Assembly (NCBI GenBank): GCA_016704485.1
Contig: JADJAA010000001.1
Span: 1,554,824-1,618,823, forward strand
Reading direction: 5' to 3'
Length of the DNA stretch: 64,000 nt
From: Flavobacteriales bacterium
GTDB taxonomy: Bacteria; Bacteroidota; Bacteroidia; Flavobacteriales_F; PHOS-HE28
Shown piece by piece: positions 53,549-63,211 of the stretch (position 1 is the stretch's first letter; each line of letters opens with the position of its first letter). Under the pieces are notes generated by a model. That model made no database searches and was not told the origin of the DNA. It saw only the letters and a program-made list of their open reading frames with translations. Made by a program: the position numbers and the translations under genes.

Positions 53549-54169
53549 ATGAATAAAATTCCTCACATGCGCTATTCCATTAAACTTCTCGCTTTTGCTT
53601 CGTTTCTCATGGGTACTTCCGCCGCTGCACAGAATTGGGGCATCGGTTTCCGGCTAGGCGATCCGAGCGGATTGACCTTGAAACACTACTGGAACAACAA
53701 AGCCCTTGAAGTGAGCGTCGGACGCGCCCAGTTCTTTACAGGGAACAGTTTCTACAACAGGCAATATCAGCGGTGGTATGATCGCCGTGGCTATAACTAC
53801 GATAAGCACGAGTTCCTGGGGTACGGTACTTCGGTGCCGATCGGGGTGCAGGTCCATTACCTTATTCAGAACCCTATTGGTAATGTAAATGGTCTGAGTT
53901 GGTATTTCGGTTTCGGAGGGCAAGCACATGTTGCGAGCTATCGGTTCAGCTACCGCTACAAATTACCGAACGACAATGACTGGATCTATGTGAGCGATGA
54001 GCGTGTGAGCAGTGTCGACTTGGGAATTGATGCCGTTCTTGGTATAGAATACACCTTCCCGAAAGCGCCGGTATCCCTCTTTGCGGATGGAACAGTGTAC
54101 ATGGAACTGTTCGATGATCCGTTCGTTTTCTTTTTGCAACCGGGTACTGGGGTGCGGTTCCGGTTCTGA
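53549..54169 (+). CDS. Small outer-membrane beta-barrel protein
   Basis: MNKIPHMRYSIKLLAFASFLMGTSAAAQ signal peptide. Alternating beta-strand pattern, ending GTGVRFRF. Confidence 0.65.
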   Translation: MNKIPHMRYSIKLLAFASFLMGTSAAAQNWGIGFRLGDPSGLTLKHYWNNKALEVSVGRAQFFTGNSFYNRQYQRWYDRRGYNYDKHEFLGYGTSVPIGVQVHYLIQNPIGNVNGLSWYFGFGGQAHVASYRFSYRYKLPNDNDWIYVSDERVSSVDLGIDAVLGIEYTFPKAPVSLFADGTVYMELFDDPFVFFLQPGTGVRFRF

Positions 54170-54239
54170 GGATATGTGATACTATTGACTACAGCGAAAC
54201 GTATATCGTGTAAAACGTGAGAATAGTAATTGGTTGGTT

Positions 54240-55724
54240 CTAATGCGCTACGACCAAACGGCCAACAAGCAGCTCCTTAACGGTTCTCACTATCACTGTA
54301 TAATTTCCGTTTGAAAGGTCGCTAACATACAGCACGTGTTCACGCGCACCGGACATTATCTGCTCTTGGTGTGACATTTTCCCAGTGGCATCGATCACCT
54401 CTATGTGAATTGGACCTGCAAGTGGTGGTATTTGTACGCGCACCTGTTGGTCAGCGGGTACCGGGTAGATTAGAAGTAATTCGTTGTTCAGTTGGTACTC
54501 GGCAATTCCGACGGTGCTGCTTAATGTGTCCCATGTCAAGAATAGACGGGGCGGTACAGAACCCGAATACATATCCTTCGTCCCGAACGCCACGAAACCA
54601 TCATTGGTCACCAGCATGCTCGTTCCCCGGTCACGGAGCGAGTCGCCATAAACCCGTGACCAAATGGAATCGCCATTGGCCGCTACAGCAGTAACACAGA
54701 GTTGATTCATGTCCGGTGTCACAAAGCTTCCGCTTGTTCCAACGAGCAAGTACGTACCGTCCGACAAGGACAGCGCTTGTTGAAACCGGGTGGCATACTG
54801 GCGATCCCATAAGGTGGCACCAAGTGTATCCGTATGGATCAGTCGACTAGTTGAGTATTCGTTGCTCAGCGTCATCAACAGACCATTATCCACCGTAGTT
54901 ATAATGTCCACGACCGTTCTGATCGAGGAATCGGTTACCGTTACAAAACCCAGCGGAACTCCATCATCGTCCAGCTTTCCAAGTCTTACGTAGCTGTTAT
55001 TCTGGCCCACCGTGTCCAACGCTGTGGCCAGTAAATAACGCCCTGCCCGGTGACCCGCACTACCTATGCAGGCCCCAAAGAAAGGATCGGACTCCTGGAT
55101 CATAGCCATGTTAATGGTATTACCCTGTGTATCCAACGTGTAATTCTCGAACCACGTCGGTTGAATATAACCGACCACGATGTTCGGCTCTTGGGTATCC
55201 AGAGCAAGCAGGTGTATTTCCTGATCGTCCGTTTCCCATGCGTCGGCCAATATTCTGGCGCAGGGTAGGTCGTACACATGCCTCCAGAGAATAGTTCCTT
55301 GCTGATCGATCTTCATGGCGAAAACTTGGGGCATAGGGATGGTCGAGTACGCAAAACCACAATAGGTCCAATTCATGCTTGCCGTTCCGGCGATCAGGGT
55401 ATTCCCATCGAATAGATCAACAACATGTGAAATAGTGTAGGGCACCAACGAATCGATCCGTTGGGTCCACAGGGTATCGCCATTGGGCTGTGTTTTCAGT
55501 AAGTACGTAGCGAGGGGTGGGTCCTCGAAAGGAATCCCGCTTCCGGTTGTCCAACCACCATGAATACTGGCGCATAGCAATAAGTTCCCATCGCTGGTAC
55601 GGTGCATGGTATGCGCATAGACACGTCTTCCCGCGTATGGGTATTGATTACTCCAGTCGACCCATTGCGTGCTGGCTGAAATGAACAAAAGGCAACCCAG
55701 TCCAGCTAATACGATCCGTACCAT
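54240..55724 (-). CDS. T9SS-secreted protein with C-terminal sorting domain
   Basis: Signal peptide MVRIVLAGLGCLLFISASTQ. C-terminal LLIYPVPADQQVRVQIP...GNYTVIVRTVKELLVGRLVVAH. Confidence 0.75.
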   Translation of the reverse strand: MVRIVLAGLGCLLFISASTQWVDWSNQYPYAGRRVYAHTMHRTSDGNLLLCASIHGGWTTGSGIPFEDPPLATYLLKTQPNGDTLWTQRIDSLVPYTISHVVDLFDGNTLIAGTASMNWTYCGFAYSTIPMPQVFAMKIDQQGTILWRHVYDLPCARILADAWETDDQEIHLLALDTQEPNIVVGYIQPTWFENYTLDTQGNTINMAMIQESDPFFGACIGSAGHRAGRYLLATALDTVGQNNSYVRLGKLDDDGVPLGFVTVTDSSIRTVVDIITTVDNGLLMTLSNEYSTSRLIHTDTLGATLWDRQYATRFQQALSLSDGTYLLVGTSGSFVTPDMNQLCVTAVAANGDSIWSRVYGDSLRDRGTSMLVTNDGFVAFGTKDMYSGSVPPRLFLTWDTLSSTVGIAEYQLNNELLLIYPVPADQQVRVQIPPLAGPIHIEVIDATGKMSHQEQIMSGAREHVLYVSDLSNGNYTVIVRTVKELLVGRLVVAH

Positions 55725-55899
55725 GTATTGTGTCCTTTACACGAATGTAGTCGCTTTATTGTAGTGCAAGATCACCGCGGCTATATTAACTCTATGCTAA
55801 GATCATGCACCCGGTTATTAAGGCTGGCGGCAACCCACCCCGTTGCAACGATACTCCTTGGTATCATAATCTCCAAATAATATCAACAGCAACAATCTC

Positions 55900-56727
55900 C
55901 TACCCACCCAACTCCAACACCTCATCCCCATCTCCCCAAACAGCCCCGCGAACTTCCATCTGCTCCAACCCAAGTAGTGGCAACAACGCCGTGAACTGTT
56001 CCGTAGCGCCACTTGTGTAAGCAACCAAGCCACCAACTTGCTTCGCGGGTGCGTTCAGGTCGCGCTGTTCAAGGATCCGGTCGACCTGTTTTGCAACGGC
56101 AGGTGCCGGGTCGATGATGCGGACACTAGGGCCAAGGATGCGTTCGATCAACGGGCGTACGAACGGGTAGTGCGTGCAGCCCAATACCAATGCGTCGATG
56201 TTCTTGGCCAGCATCGGTTCCAGCCAACCGCGCAGCATTTTTTCTGTATGATCGGTCTCTAACTCGCCGGCTTCTATTTGTTGCACCAGGCCGGGGCAAG
56301 GTTGGTGGATCACTTCAACATCCTTCGCAAAGCGACCGACCACACTGGCATAGACAGCGCTTTGGAAAGTGGCCGTGGTGGCGATAACGCCCACGACACC
56401 GCTGAGCGTTTGTTCCACGGCCGGTTTTACTGCTGGCTCCATGCCGACGAACGCGACGGTAGGGAAGTGTGCGCGCAAGTGGGCGAGTGCTGCGGCAGAA
56501 GCGGTGTTGCACGCTATCACAATGAGTTTGCAATCCGCTGCGATCAATACCCGGGTTATGGCGGTGCTGAATTGACGTACTTCCTCCAACGAACGCTGTC
56601 CGTAGGGAATGTGTACCGTATCCGCGAAATAGAGCAGGCGCTCCGTAGGGAGCGCCTGCTGCATTGCATTGGTCACTGTTAACCCACCGATCCCGCTGTC
56701 GAAGATACCGATGGGACGTGGGTCCAT
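55900..56727 (-). CDS. murI: Glutamate racemase
   Basis: IGIFDSGIGGLTV, VIACNTASA, LGCTHYP. Confidence 0.9.
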   Translation of the reverse strand: MDPRPIGIFDSGIGGLTVTNAMQQALPTERLLYFADTVHIPYGQRSLEEVRQFSTAITRVLIAADCKLIVIACNTASAAALAHLRAHFPTVAFVGMEPAVKPAVEQTLSGVVGVIATTATFQSAVYASVVGRFAKDVEVIHQPCPGLVQQIEAGELETDHTEKMLRGWLEPMLAKNIDALVLGCTHYPFVRPLIERILGPSVRIIDPAPAVAKQVDRILEQRDLNAPAKQVGGLVAYTSGATEQFTALLPLLGLEQMEVRGAVWGDGDEVLELGG

Positions 56728-56731
56728 CTGA

Positions 56732-57247
56732 TCAAGGGATCTTCAATTCGGCTTTTACCAACGGTAGAATGTCCTCACCTTTATCGTAGTACAGGACAAA
56801 GCCCGTGCTTACATCGAAGATGTAGACGAAGTTGTTCGCTTCAGCTACTTTCTTGATCGCCGCGTTGGTCTCCGTTACCATAGGACGCAACAATTCCTCT
56901 TCCTGCTTGGCTAGGTCCTCCTGTGCTTTTTCCTGCGCTGCTTGGATGCGTTGCTCCAGATCTTGGATCTCCGTCACAACCATATCTTTTTGTGTCTGGG
57001 TCATGTCCGGGGCATCTTTTTGTGCATCGGCAACTTTTTGCTGGTACTCGGCACCCATCGCTTTCAAGCGATCATCCAAGGTCTTGGCAAAGTCCTGCAT
57101 TTTCGTTTCAGCTGCTTTGCGGCCAGGTAGCAAGAGCATCAATTGCTGGCGATCGATGTGACCGAGCTTCTGTGCGGTGGCCATCGGTACGGTGCTCAGC
57201 AATAAGCCGAGTGCGAGAAATACAGTTTTCATTGTTCGTTTGTTCAT
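56732..57247 (-). CDS. OmpH/Skp-family periplasmic chaperone
   Basis: Signal peptide, then a helical Q/K/E-rich core. It sits at the conserved position downstream of bamA. Confidence 0.85.
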   Translation of the reverse strand: MNKRTMKTVFLALGLLLSTVPMATAQKLGHIDRQQLMLLLPGRKAAETKMQDFAKTLDDRLKAMGAEYQQKVADAQKDAPDMTQTQKDMVVTEIQDLEQRIQAAQEKAQEDLAKQEEELLRPMVTETNAAIKKVAEANNFVYIFDVSTGFVLYYDKGEDILPLVKAELKIP

Positions 57248-57897
57248 CGTGGTTTTACTTCGTCCTTGCCGCCTCTAGGGTCAATTCCGCCCTTTCCGGG
57301 ATCAGGCTTTTCTTCTTCCGGCGGGTCTTCGCCGAATTTCTCATCGTCGTTCGCGCCATCGGTCCCTTCCTTTCCCGGACGGATACCAAGCTTGCGCAGA
57401 ACAGTATCGCTCTTATCGTATTTCTCACTGGCGAACAACAGATTGCTGCTGCTTCCGCCCAGGTCGAACACAGCGATATAGCTGGTTCCTGCTATTTCCT
57501 TGATCGCATCGTATACGCGGTCCTGGATCGGCTTGATGAGTTCTTCGCGCTTCTTGAAGAGATCACCACCAGGGCCGAATCTGCGTTTCTGCAGGTCACG
57601 TGCTTCGCGTTCGCGACGATCGATCTCCTCCATGCGACTGCGCTTCATCTCTTCCGTAAGGAGGATCGCTTCCGCATTGTACGACTCACGCATCCGTTTG
57701 ATCCCCAGATGCCGTTCATCGATCTCCTCCTGCCACTGCGCACTCGAGCGATCGAGCTCTTTCTGTGCCGTACTGTATTCCGGCATATTATCCATGATGT
57801 ACTTGGTGTTCACGAATGCGATCCGTTGTGCATCCATCTTTGGGGCGAATGCAAAAGCAGCTAGCAGAGCGATCGTATATATGAGGTTGTTCTTCAT
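57244..57897 (-). CDS. OmpH/Skp-family periplasmic chaperone (second copy, with a charged C-terminal tail)
   Basis: MKNNLIYTIALLAAFAFAPKMDAQRIAFVNTKYIMDNMPEY... 4-nt overlap with the downstream skp copy. Confidence 0.85.
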   Translation of the reverse strand: MKNNLIYTIALLAAFAFAPKMDAQRIAFVNTKYIMDNMPEYSTAQKELDRSSAQWQEEIDERHLGIKRMRESYNAEAILLTEEMKRSRMEEIDRREREARDLQKRRFGPGGDLFKKREELIKPIQDRVYDAIKEIAGTSYIAVFDLGGSSSNLLFASEKYDKSDTVLRKLGIRPGKEGTDGANDDEKFGEDPPEEEKPDPGKGGIDPRGGKDEVKPR

Positions 57898-57926
57898 GCG
57901 GAGCCGTCGAAAATAGGTGATCCGGT

Positions 57927-60467
57927 CTATAACTCGCCAAGATCTATGCCGATCGTGAAATGGAACTGACTTTTGGCCATGCTCGGAAGATTCGGTACAT
58001 CATCCAAACGCCACCCGTAATCCAAGCCCATGGGGCCGAACATCGGGAGGTTCAATCGCAATCCTATACCAGCTGAACGGTATAGTTTGAAGGGGTCGAA
58101 ATCATTGAAACTGCCGTAGCTGTTACCGGCTTCCAGGAACGCAAGGGTGAAAATGGTGGCCGATGGGTTCAAGGAGATCGGGTAGCGCAATTCCGCGGTG
58201 TATTTGGCCACTACGAAATTCCCGGTGTTCGGTGCGAGCGAGAAATCATCATAGCCGCGTAAGCCCAATATCTCACGACCATCCAACTGGAAGCCCGTTA
58301 ACGCACTTCCACCCAAATAGAACCGCTCGAACGGCGAATCGCCCAACGAACTGTTGTACCTTCCCAAGAAGCCGAATCCGGCACGGGTCATCAACACCAA
58401 ACTGCGACCGCTTTTCGGGTTGGTGAGCTTATTGAACCACTGCGTACTGAATTTCCATTTGTGGAACTCCGCCCATTCGTAACGCTGCTCCGGTTCCAGA
58501 TCCGCCCAATCGCGCTCCGGTTGGAAGAGCGAATAGGGTGGGGTGGCCTTCACGGATATCGTGGTGTTCGATCCTGTTCTGGAGAAGAACGGTTGGTCGA
58601 TGGAGCTACGCGATAACTGGAGCGTGTAGGAAAGCACATTGCTGACACCGTTCGTGAACGAGAAGACCACGGCTCCGCTCGAATAGTTCTTCAGATCGTA
58701 CAATTGATAGCCCAAGGTCTGGCGGAGGATGAAATAGTTGTCCGGCCACTGCAGACGCTTGCCGATGCCTAGGGTTACACCTGTAATGATCAAGGATTGG
58801 CGCAATGGGTTTGCTATGCGGCCATCTTCGGTGTCTATGAACCTGTTCTCGCCATTGGTCTGTACACTGCGATACGCGGATATGCTGAGCGCATTCGGTT
58901 TCCGGCCACCCAACCAAGGTTCCACGAAGGATAAGCTGTACGATTGGAAGAACCGTCCGTTGGTCTGTGCTCTAAGGTTCAACGTCTGGCCATCTCCGCT
59001 AGGCAAAGGTGTCCATGCCGAACCTTTGAACAGATTCCGCATGCTGAAGTTGGTGAACGATAGGCCCAATGAGAGCACTACGCGCCCTGCGCCCCAACCA
59101 CCGCTCAATTCCAATCGGTCACTTGGTTTTTCCTCTACGGTGTACTCCAGATCCACGGTGCCGGTACGTGCATCCTGGATCGGATTCACACCCATAGATT
59201 CCGGATTGAAGTAACCCAAGGTGGAGAGCTCCCGCTGTGTACGGATCACATCACTGCGGTTGAACAATTGTCCCGGCTTTGTGTAGATCTCTCTGCGGAT
59301 CACATGTTCCGTGGTCTTCGTATTGCCTTTTATGATCACGTTCCGGATGCGGTATTGTTTGCCCTCGCGGATCCGGATATCGATATCGATGCTATCGCCA
59401 GGTACAAGTAGCTCAATGGGGTCCGGATAGAACGCCAGGTAACCATCATCCATGTACAACGAGCTGATGTCGCGGCCTGCTTGGTTCATGTACAATCTGC
59501 TGTCCAGCAATTTCTTGTTGTAGATATCGCCTTTGTTGATGTTCATGATCTCCGCCAACTGCGCATCCGAGTGCTTGCTGTTGCCGGTGTAGGTGATGTT
59601 GCGGAAACGGAATTCAGGACCTTCATCCATGGCGATCTCCACCCTTACCCGTTTCTCCCTCACGAAATACATGGTATCCGACACGATGGCCGCGTTGCGA
59701 TAGCCTTTTTCATTGTACAGGTCCAACACGCTGTTCTTGTCGTTCCTGTACTCGCTCCATAGGAATTTGCTGCTGCCGAAGAAATTCCACCAGCGCTTCT
59801 GGCGGGTCTTCTTCATCGCCTTGCGCAGCTTTCTCGATTTGATATTGTTGTTCCCGGTGAACACCACATCCTTGATCTTCACTTTCTTGTTCTTCTCCAC
59901 CTCAAGGATCAACAGTACACTATTCTCCGGTGCGGTCTTTACCGTGTCATTGATCTGGATGATGTTCACGCTGGCCTTCAGGAATCCTTTATCGATGTAA
60001 TAGCGTTCGATCGCATTCGAGGCATTGGCGATCAGGGCATCATTCACTTGTTGCCCGCGGACCAATTGGATCTCTTCGCGCAATTTATCAGCTTCGCTCT
60101 TGTTCGGGCCCTTGAACTTGAAACGCGATAGGCGAGGCTTTTCGACCACAATGATGTTCAGGAAGATGACTCGCCCACGGATCTCCGCTGCATCGATGCG
60201 GACATCGCTGAACAACTGCTGGTCCCACAATTGGCGGATCGCGTTGGTGATCCGTTCGCCGGGCACCGTGACCTTATCACCTACTTGCAGCCCTGTGAAC
60301 AGTTTTACGGCGTTAGGATCCGTAGTAACGGTGCCGCTAACGGTGATCCCACCGATCTCATATTCCGATGCATGCGCCGGATCCATGGTAGGCCCGCTGG
60401 TCTGTGCGAAAGCTGAACCGCCGATGAACACTAGAAGAAGTACGATATACCAACGCATTGCTTTCAA
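57927..60467 (-). CDS. bamA: Outer membrane protein assembly factor BamA
   Basis: 846 aa with POTRA repeats and an Omp85 barrel, ending FHFTIGIDLGEL. Start is TTG 60467 or ATG 60458 (MRWYIVLLLVFIGGSAFAQ). Confidence 0.92.
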   Translation of the reverse strand: MKAMRWYIVLLLVFIGGSAFAQTSGPTMDPAHASEYEIGGITVSGTVTTDPNAVKLFTGLQVGDKVTVPGERITNAIRQLWDQQLFSDVRIDAAEIRGRVIFLNIIVVEKPRLSRFKFKGPNKSEADKLREEIQLVRGQQVNDALIANASNAIERYYIDKGFLKASVNIIQINDTVKTAPENSVLLILEVEKNKKVKIKDVVFTGNNNIKSRKLRKAMKKTRQKRWWNFFGSSKFLWSEYRNDKNSVLDLYNEKGYRNAAIVSDTMYFVREKRVRVEIAMDEGPEFRFRNITYTGNSKHSDAQLAEIMNINKGDIYNKKLLDSRLYMNQAGRDISSLYMDDGYLAFYPDPIELLVPGDSIDIDIRIREGKQYRIRNVIIKGNTKTTEHVIRREIYTKPGQLFNRSDVIRTQRELSTLGYFNPESMGVNPIQDARTGTVDLEYTVEEKPSDRLELSGGWGAGRVVLSLGLSFTNFSMRNLFKGSAWTPLPSGDGQTLNLRAQTNGRFFQSYSLSFVEPWLGGRKPNALSISAYRSVQTNGENRFIDTEDGRIANPLRQSLIITGVTLGIGKRLQWPDNYFILRQTLGYQLYDLKNYSSGAVVFSFTNGVSNVLSYTLQLSRSSIDQPFFSRTGSNTTISVKATPPYSLFQPERDWADLEPEQRYEWAEFHKWKFSTQWFNKLTNPKSGRSLVLMTRAGFGFLGRYNSSLGDSPFERFYLGGSALTGFQLDGREILGLRGYDDFSLAPNTGNFVVAKYTAELRYPISLNPSATIFTLAFLEAGNSYGSFNDFDPFKLYRSAGIGLRLNLPMFGPMGLDYGWRLDDVPNLPSMAKSQFHFTIGIDLGEL

Positions 60468-61219
60468 CCCGGGGTCACTTGTTCACTGATAAGGCCGAAG
60501 CGACGCTCACGGTTCTGATAATCGAGTATGGCACTGTAGAGATGCTCTTTCTTGAAATCCGGCCACAGTACAGGCGTGAACCAGAGTTCCGCATAGGCGA
60601 TCTGCCACAGCAGGAAATTGCTGATCCGTTGCTCTCCACTGGTGCGGATCAATAGTTCCGGATCGGGGATACCGGCGGTGGTGAGTTCGTTGCCGATCAT
60701 TTGCTCATCGATCTCTTCCGGATCGATCTCGCCGTTCTTGGCAGCCCTTGCAAGGTTGCGGGCCATGCGCAGGATCTCCCAACGTGAACTGTAGCTCAGG
60801 GCCAGTACCAAGGTTATCCGATCGTTCTTGGCGGTATTGTCGATCGCATTGCGCAGGGTATCCCGGCATGTAGCAGGAAGGCTTTCAACATCGCCGATCG
60901 CTTGCAGCCGAACGCCGTTCTTGTTCAATTCCTCCAGCTCACCCGCTATGGTCTGCACCAAGAGGTCCATCAATGCAGCGACTTCATTCGCTGGTCGGTT
61001 CCAGTTCTCCGTGCTGAATGCGTAGAGCGTTAAGTATTCCACGCCCACCTCCGTAGCAGCAACCAAGGCTTCGCGTACACTGCGTACACCGGTGGCGTGG
61101 CCCACTACGCGGTGCTCGCCGTTCGCCTTGGCCCAACGCCCATTGCCATCCATAATGATAGCAATATGCTTCGGCACCTTGGTGGTGTCGATGCGGCCAA
61201 GTATTTCTTCGGTGGTCAA
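60464..61219 (-). CDS. uppS: Undecaprenyl-diphosphate synthase (isoprenyl transferase)
   Basis: PKHIAIIMDGNGRWAK, TLYAFSTENWNRP, IRTSGEQRISNFLLWQIAYAEL. The start appears to be TTG. Confidence 0.92.
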   Translation of the reverse strand: MTTEEILGRIDTTKVPKHIAIIMDGNGRWAKANGEHRVVGHATGVRSVREALVAATEVGVEYLTLYAFSTENWNRPANEVAALMDLLVQTIAGELEELNKNGVRLQAIGDVESLPATCRDTLRNAIDNTAKNDRITLVLALSYSSRWEILRMARNLARAAKNGEIDPEEIDEQMIGNELTTAGIPDPELLIRTSGEQRISNFLLWQIAYAELWFTPVLWPDFKKEHLYSAILDYQNRERRFGLISEQVTPG

Positions 61220-61262
61220 GGGCGTATTAAAATGGGGTGCAAAGGTCGCGAAATTCGCGGTA

Positions 61263-62105
61263 TCAATTTCTTCGACGCATCCAGTTGTACTGTTCGTCGC
61301 AATCGGAGAATCTGCTCAGGATGTAAGTGATCGAAAATCCGGTGTACTGGTACCAATCGCGTGTGTTCGTATCGCCCCGTGCACGGCCTGCATTGGAGAT
61401 GCCCGCCTGGGGCAGTCCACTGCGGTCCGCGTAGATCGCAGCGATGGGTCCGTTCTCGAACTCTAGCAATCCATTATCCACGTATTTCCCGCTCACATCG
61501 TCGATATAATCCGTCCAGGTGCGACGTAGTCCCCATTCCAACTGGAAGTCGAACCGGCCCACATTGGCCTTCAACCCGGCACCGAACGGAATGGCGATCT
61601 GATCGATCTTGTAGATGTCCCTATCTGCTACCGTTGTGCCTTGGCCCTCTGTTCCTAATGGTTGTAACCGGATCCAGGTATCACCCAGTTGCGCTTGCGG
61701 GTCGGCCCTGAAATAAGCAAGCCCACCAAAAATGAACGGTGTCCAGAATTTGCCTTCTTTGCCTTTGTCGCGGTATTTGAAGAAATTGATCTCAAATAGA
61801 ACGGCAGCCTCGAACAAGCGGGAACGGAAGCTCAGGTTGCGTAGCTGTTGTAGGCTATCCGGACTATTGCTGTCCGAAGCCTGTAAAGTTCCGTAAAGCC
61901 CTTGAAGGCGAATGGCATAGCGATCGTTGATGTTATGCCGGAACACAATGCCGACCGCTGGTTTAGTGCCTTTTGGATAGTGCCGCGTAGGATTCAGGTC
62001 ACCGATGTAGTACATAAGGCCACCGGTGATGCCGATCTCATTCACTTGGGCGTGAACCTGTATCAGCGAGCCGATCACAATGAGTAGGCAGATCTTGCGT
62101 AGCAT
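61263..62105 (-). CDS. Outer-membrane beta-barrel protein (DUF6089-like position between uppS and nadK)
   Basis: ATG 62105 gives MLRKICLLIVIGSLIQVHAQ. Beta-barrel pattern throughout. Confidence 0.7.
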   Translation of the reverse strand: MLRKICLLIVIGSLIQVHAQVNEIGITGGLMYYIGDLNPTRHYPKGTKPAVGIVFRHNINDRYAIRLQGLYGTLQASDSNSPDSLQQLRNLSFRSRLFEAAVLFEINFFKYRDKGKEGKFWTPFIFGGLAYFRADPQAQLGDTWIRLQPLGTEGQGTTVADRDIYKIDQIAIPFGAGLKANVGRFDFQLEWGLRRTWTDYIDDVSGKYVDNGLLEFENGPIAAIYADRSGLPQAGISNAGRARGDTNTRDWYQYTGFSITYILSRFSDCDEQYNWMRRRN

Positions 62106-62206
62106 CCCGGTACCAACGTTCGTAGCCCGGAATTGGTATGTCCTAGCTAGCGAGCGCGAAGGTAATCTGGATCCGCAACCTCTGAGTCCTTCTACTGACC
62201 TACATA

Positions 62207-63109
62207 TCAACGTTTAGCGTTCTTTTCCACTTTCGGACTCCGGATATCCAAGCCCCAATTGAGCTTTGCCCGTAACGTGGGTAGGAATTCCCCTTCTTCG
62301 ATCTGGATCATCTTTACCACAAAATCGGCCTTGCGCACGGTGACCATGCTTTGTCCGTGGATCGCATGGCTGCGCGAATCGAGATTCAATAGGCACTTGG
62401 CCGAACGCGCCTCCAGTTGAAGGTGGAGCGTTAAATGATTGGGGACCACAAAGGGCCGCACATTGAGGTTATGCGGACTGATGGGTGTGATGATCAGCGC
62501 ATTGTTCGATGGGTCCAGCACAGGGCCGCCACAACTGAGTGAATAGGCGGTGGATCCAGTGGGTGTGGCAATGATCAATCCATCGGCCCAATACGTGTTC
62601 AGGTAGGTCTCGCCCAAGTGTACATGCACGGCAAGCATGCTCGCACTGTCCCGTTTGTGAAGGGTTACCTCGTTCAGCGCGAAATTCTGCGTGCTCAGTA
62701 TATCCGCATGGTTCGTAACTTCTACCAACGAGCGGTCCAATATGGTGTGCTTGCCTTGTTTGATCACCGCGAGTGCTTCGTCCACTTCCTCTAAGCGAAC
62801 ATTGGATAAGAAGCCCAACCGGCCCAAGTTGATCCCTACTACGGGTACTTCGGATCGGCCTACCATGGCCACGGTATCCAGCAAGCTGCCATCGCCACCA
62901 AGGCTGATCATCATATCCAACCCCTGTGCCTCGAGCGGCGCTTCAGTGAGGACCTTCCACGGAATTGATCCCGCAGTCTCATTGAGCCAAGTGGCCATAT
63001 CGGGAGTCAATGCCAACTCAAGCCCAGCTGCATGGATCTGTTCCAATACACGGATAACAGCAGGTGTGCCGCTAATATCCTTTGCTCTACCATTTACACC
63101 TACGCGCAT
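62207..63109 (-). CDS. nadK: NAD kinase
   Basis: MMISLGGDGSLL, GINLGRLGFL, ATPTGSTAYSLSCGGP. Confidence 0.9.
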   Translation of the reverse strand: MRVGVNGRAKDISGTPAVIRVLEQIHAAGLELALTPDMATWLNETAGSIPWKVLTEAPLEAQGLDMMISLGGDGSLLDTVAMVGRSEVPVVGINLGRLGFLSNVRLEEVDEALAVIKQGKHTILDRSLVEVTNHADILSTQNFALNEVTLHKRDSASMLAVHVHLGETYLNTYWADGLIIATPTGSTAYSLSCGGPVLDPSNNALIITPISPHNLNVRPFVVPNHLTLHLQLEARSAKCLLNLDSRSHAIHGQSMVTVRKADFVVKMIQIEEGEFLPTLRAKLNWGLDIRSPKVEKNAKR

Positions 63110-63211
63110 CCGTTGGTCGTTGGGTTCCGTCCAAAGATATTGCAGTTGGGTGTATTCCCATTTCGCGTGTTGCGAACATGCTTACATCCAAGAATAAGTT
63201 CAAGGTGCGTG

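Noticed and set aside
56832-57916. Plus-strand ORFs 56923-57864 (313 aa), 56832-57161 and 57500-57916.
   Set aside because: They are antisense to the two conserved skp/ompH genes in a conserved bamA-skp-skp-murI block.
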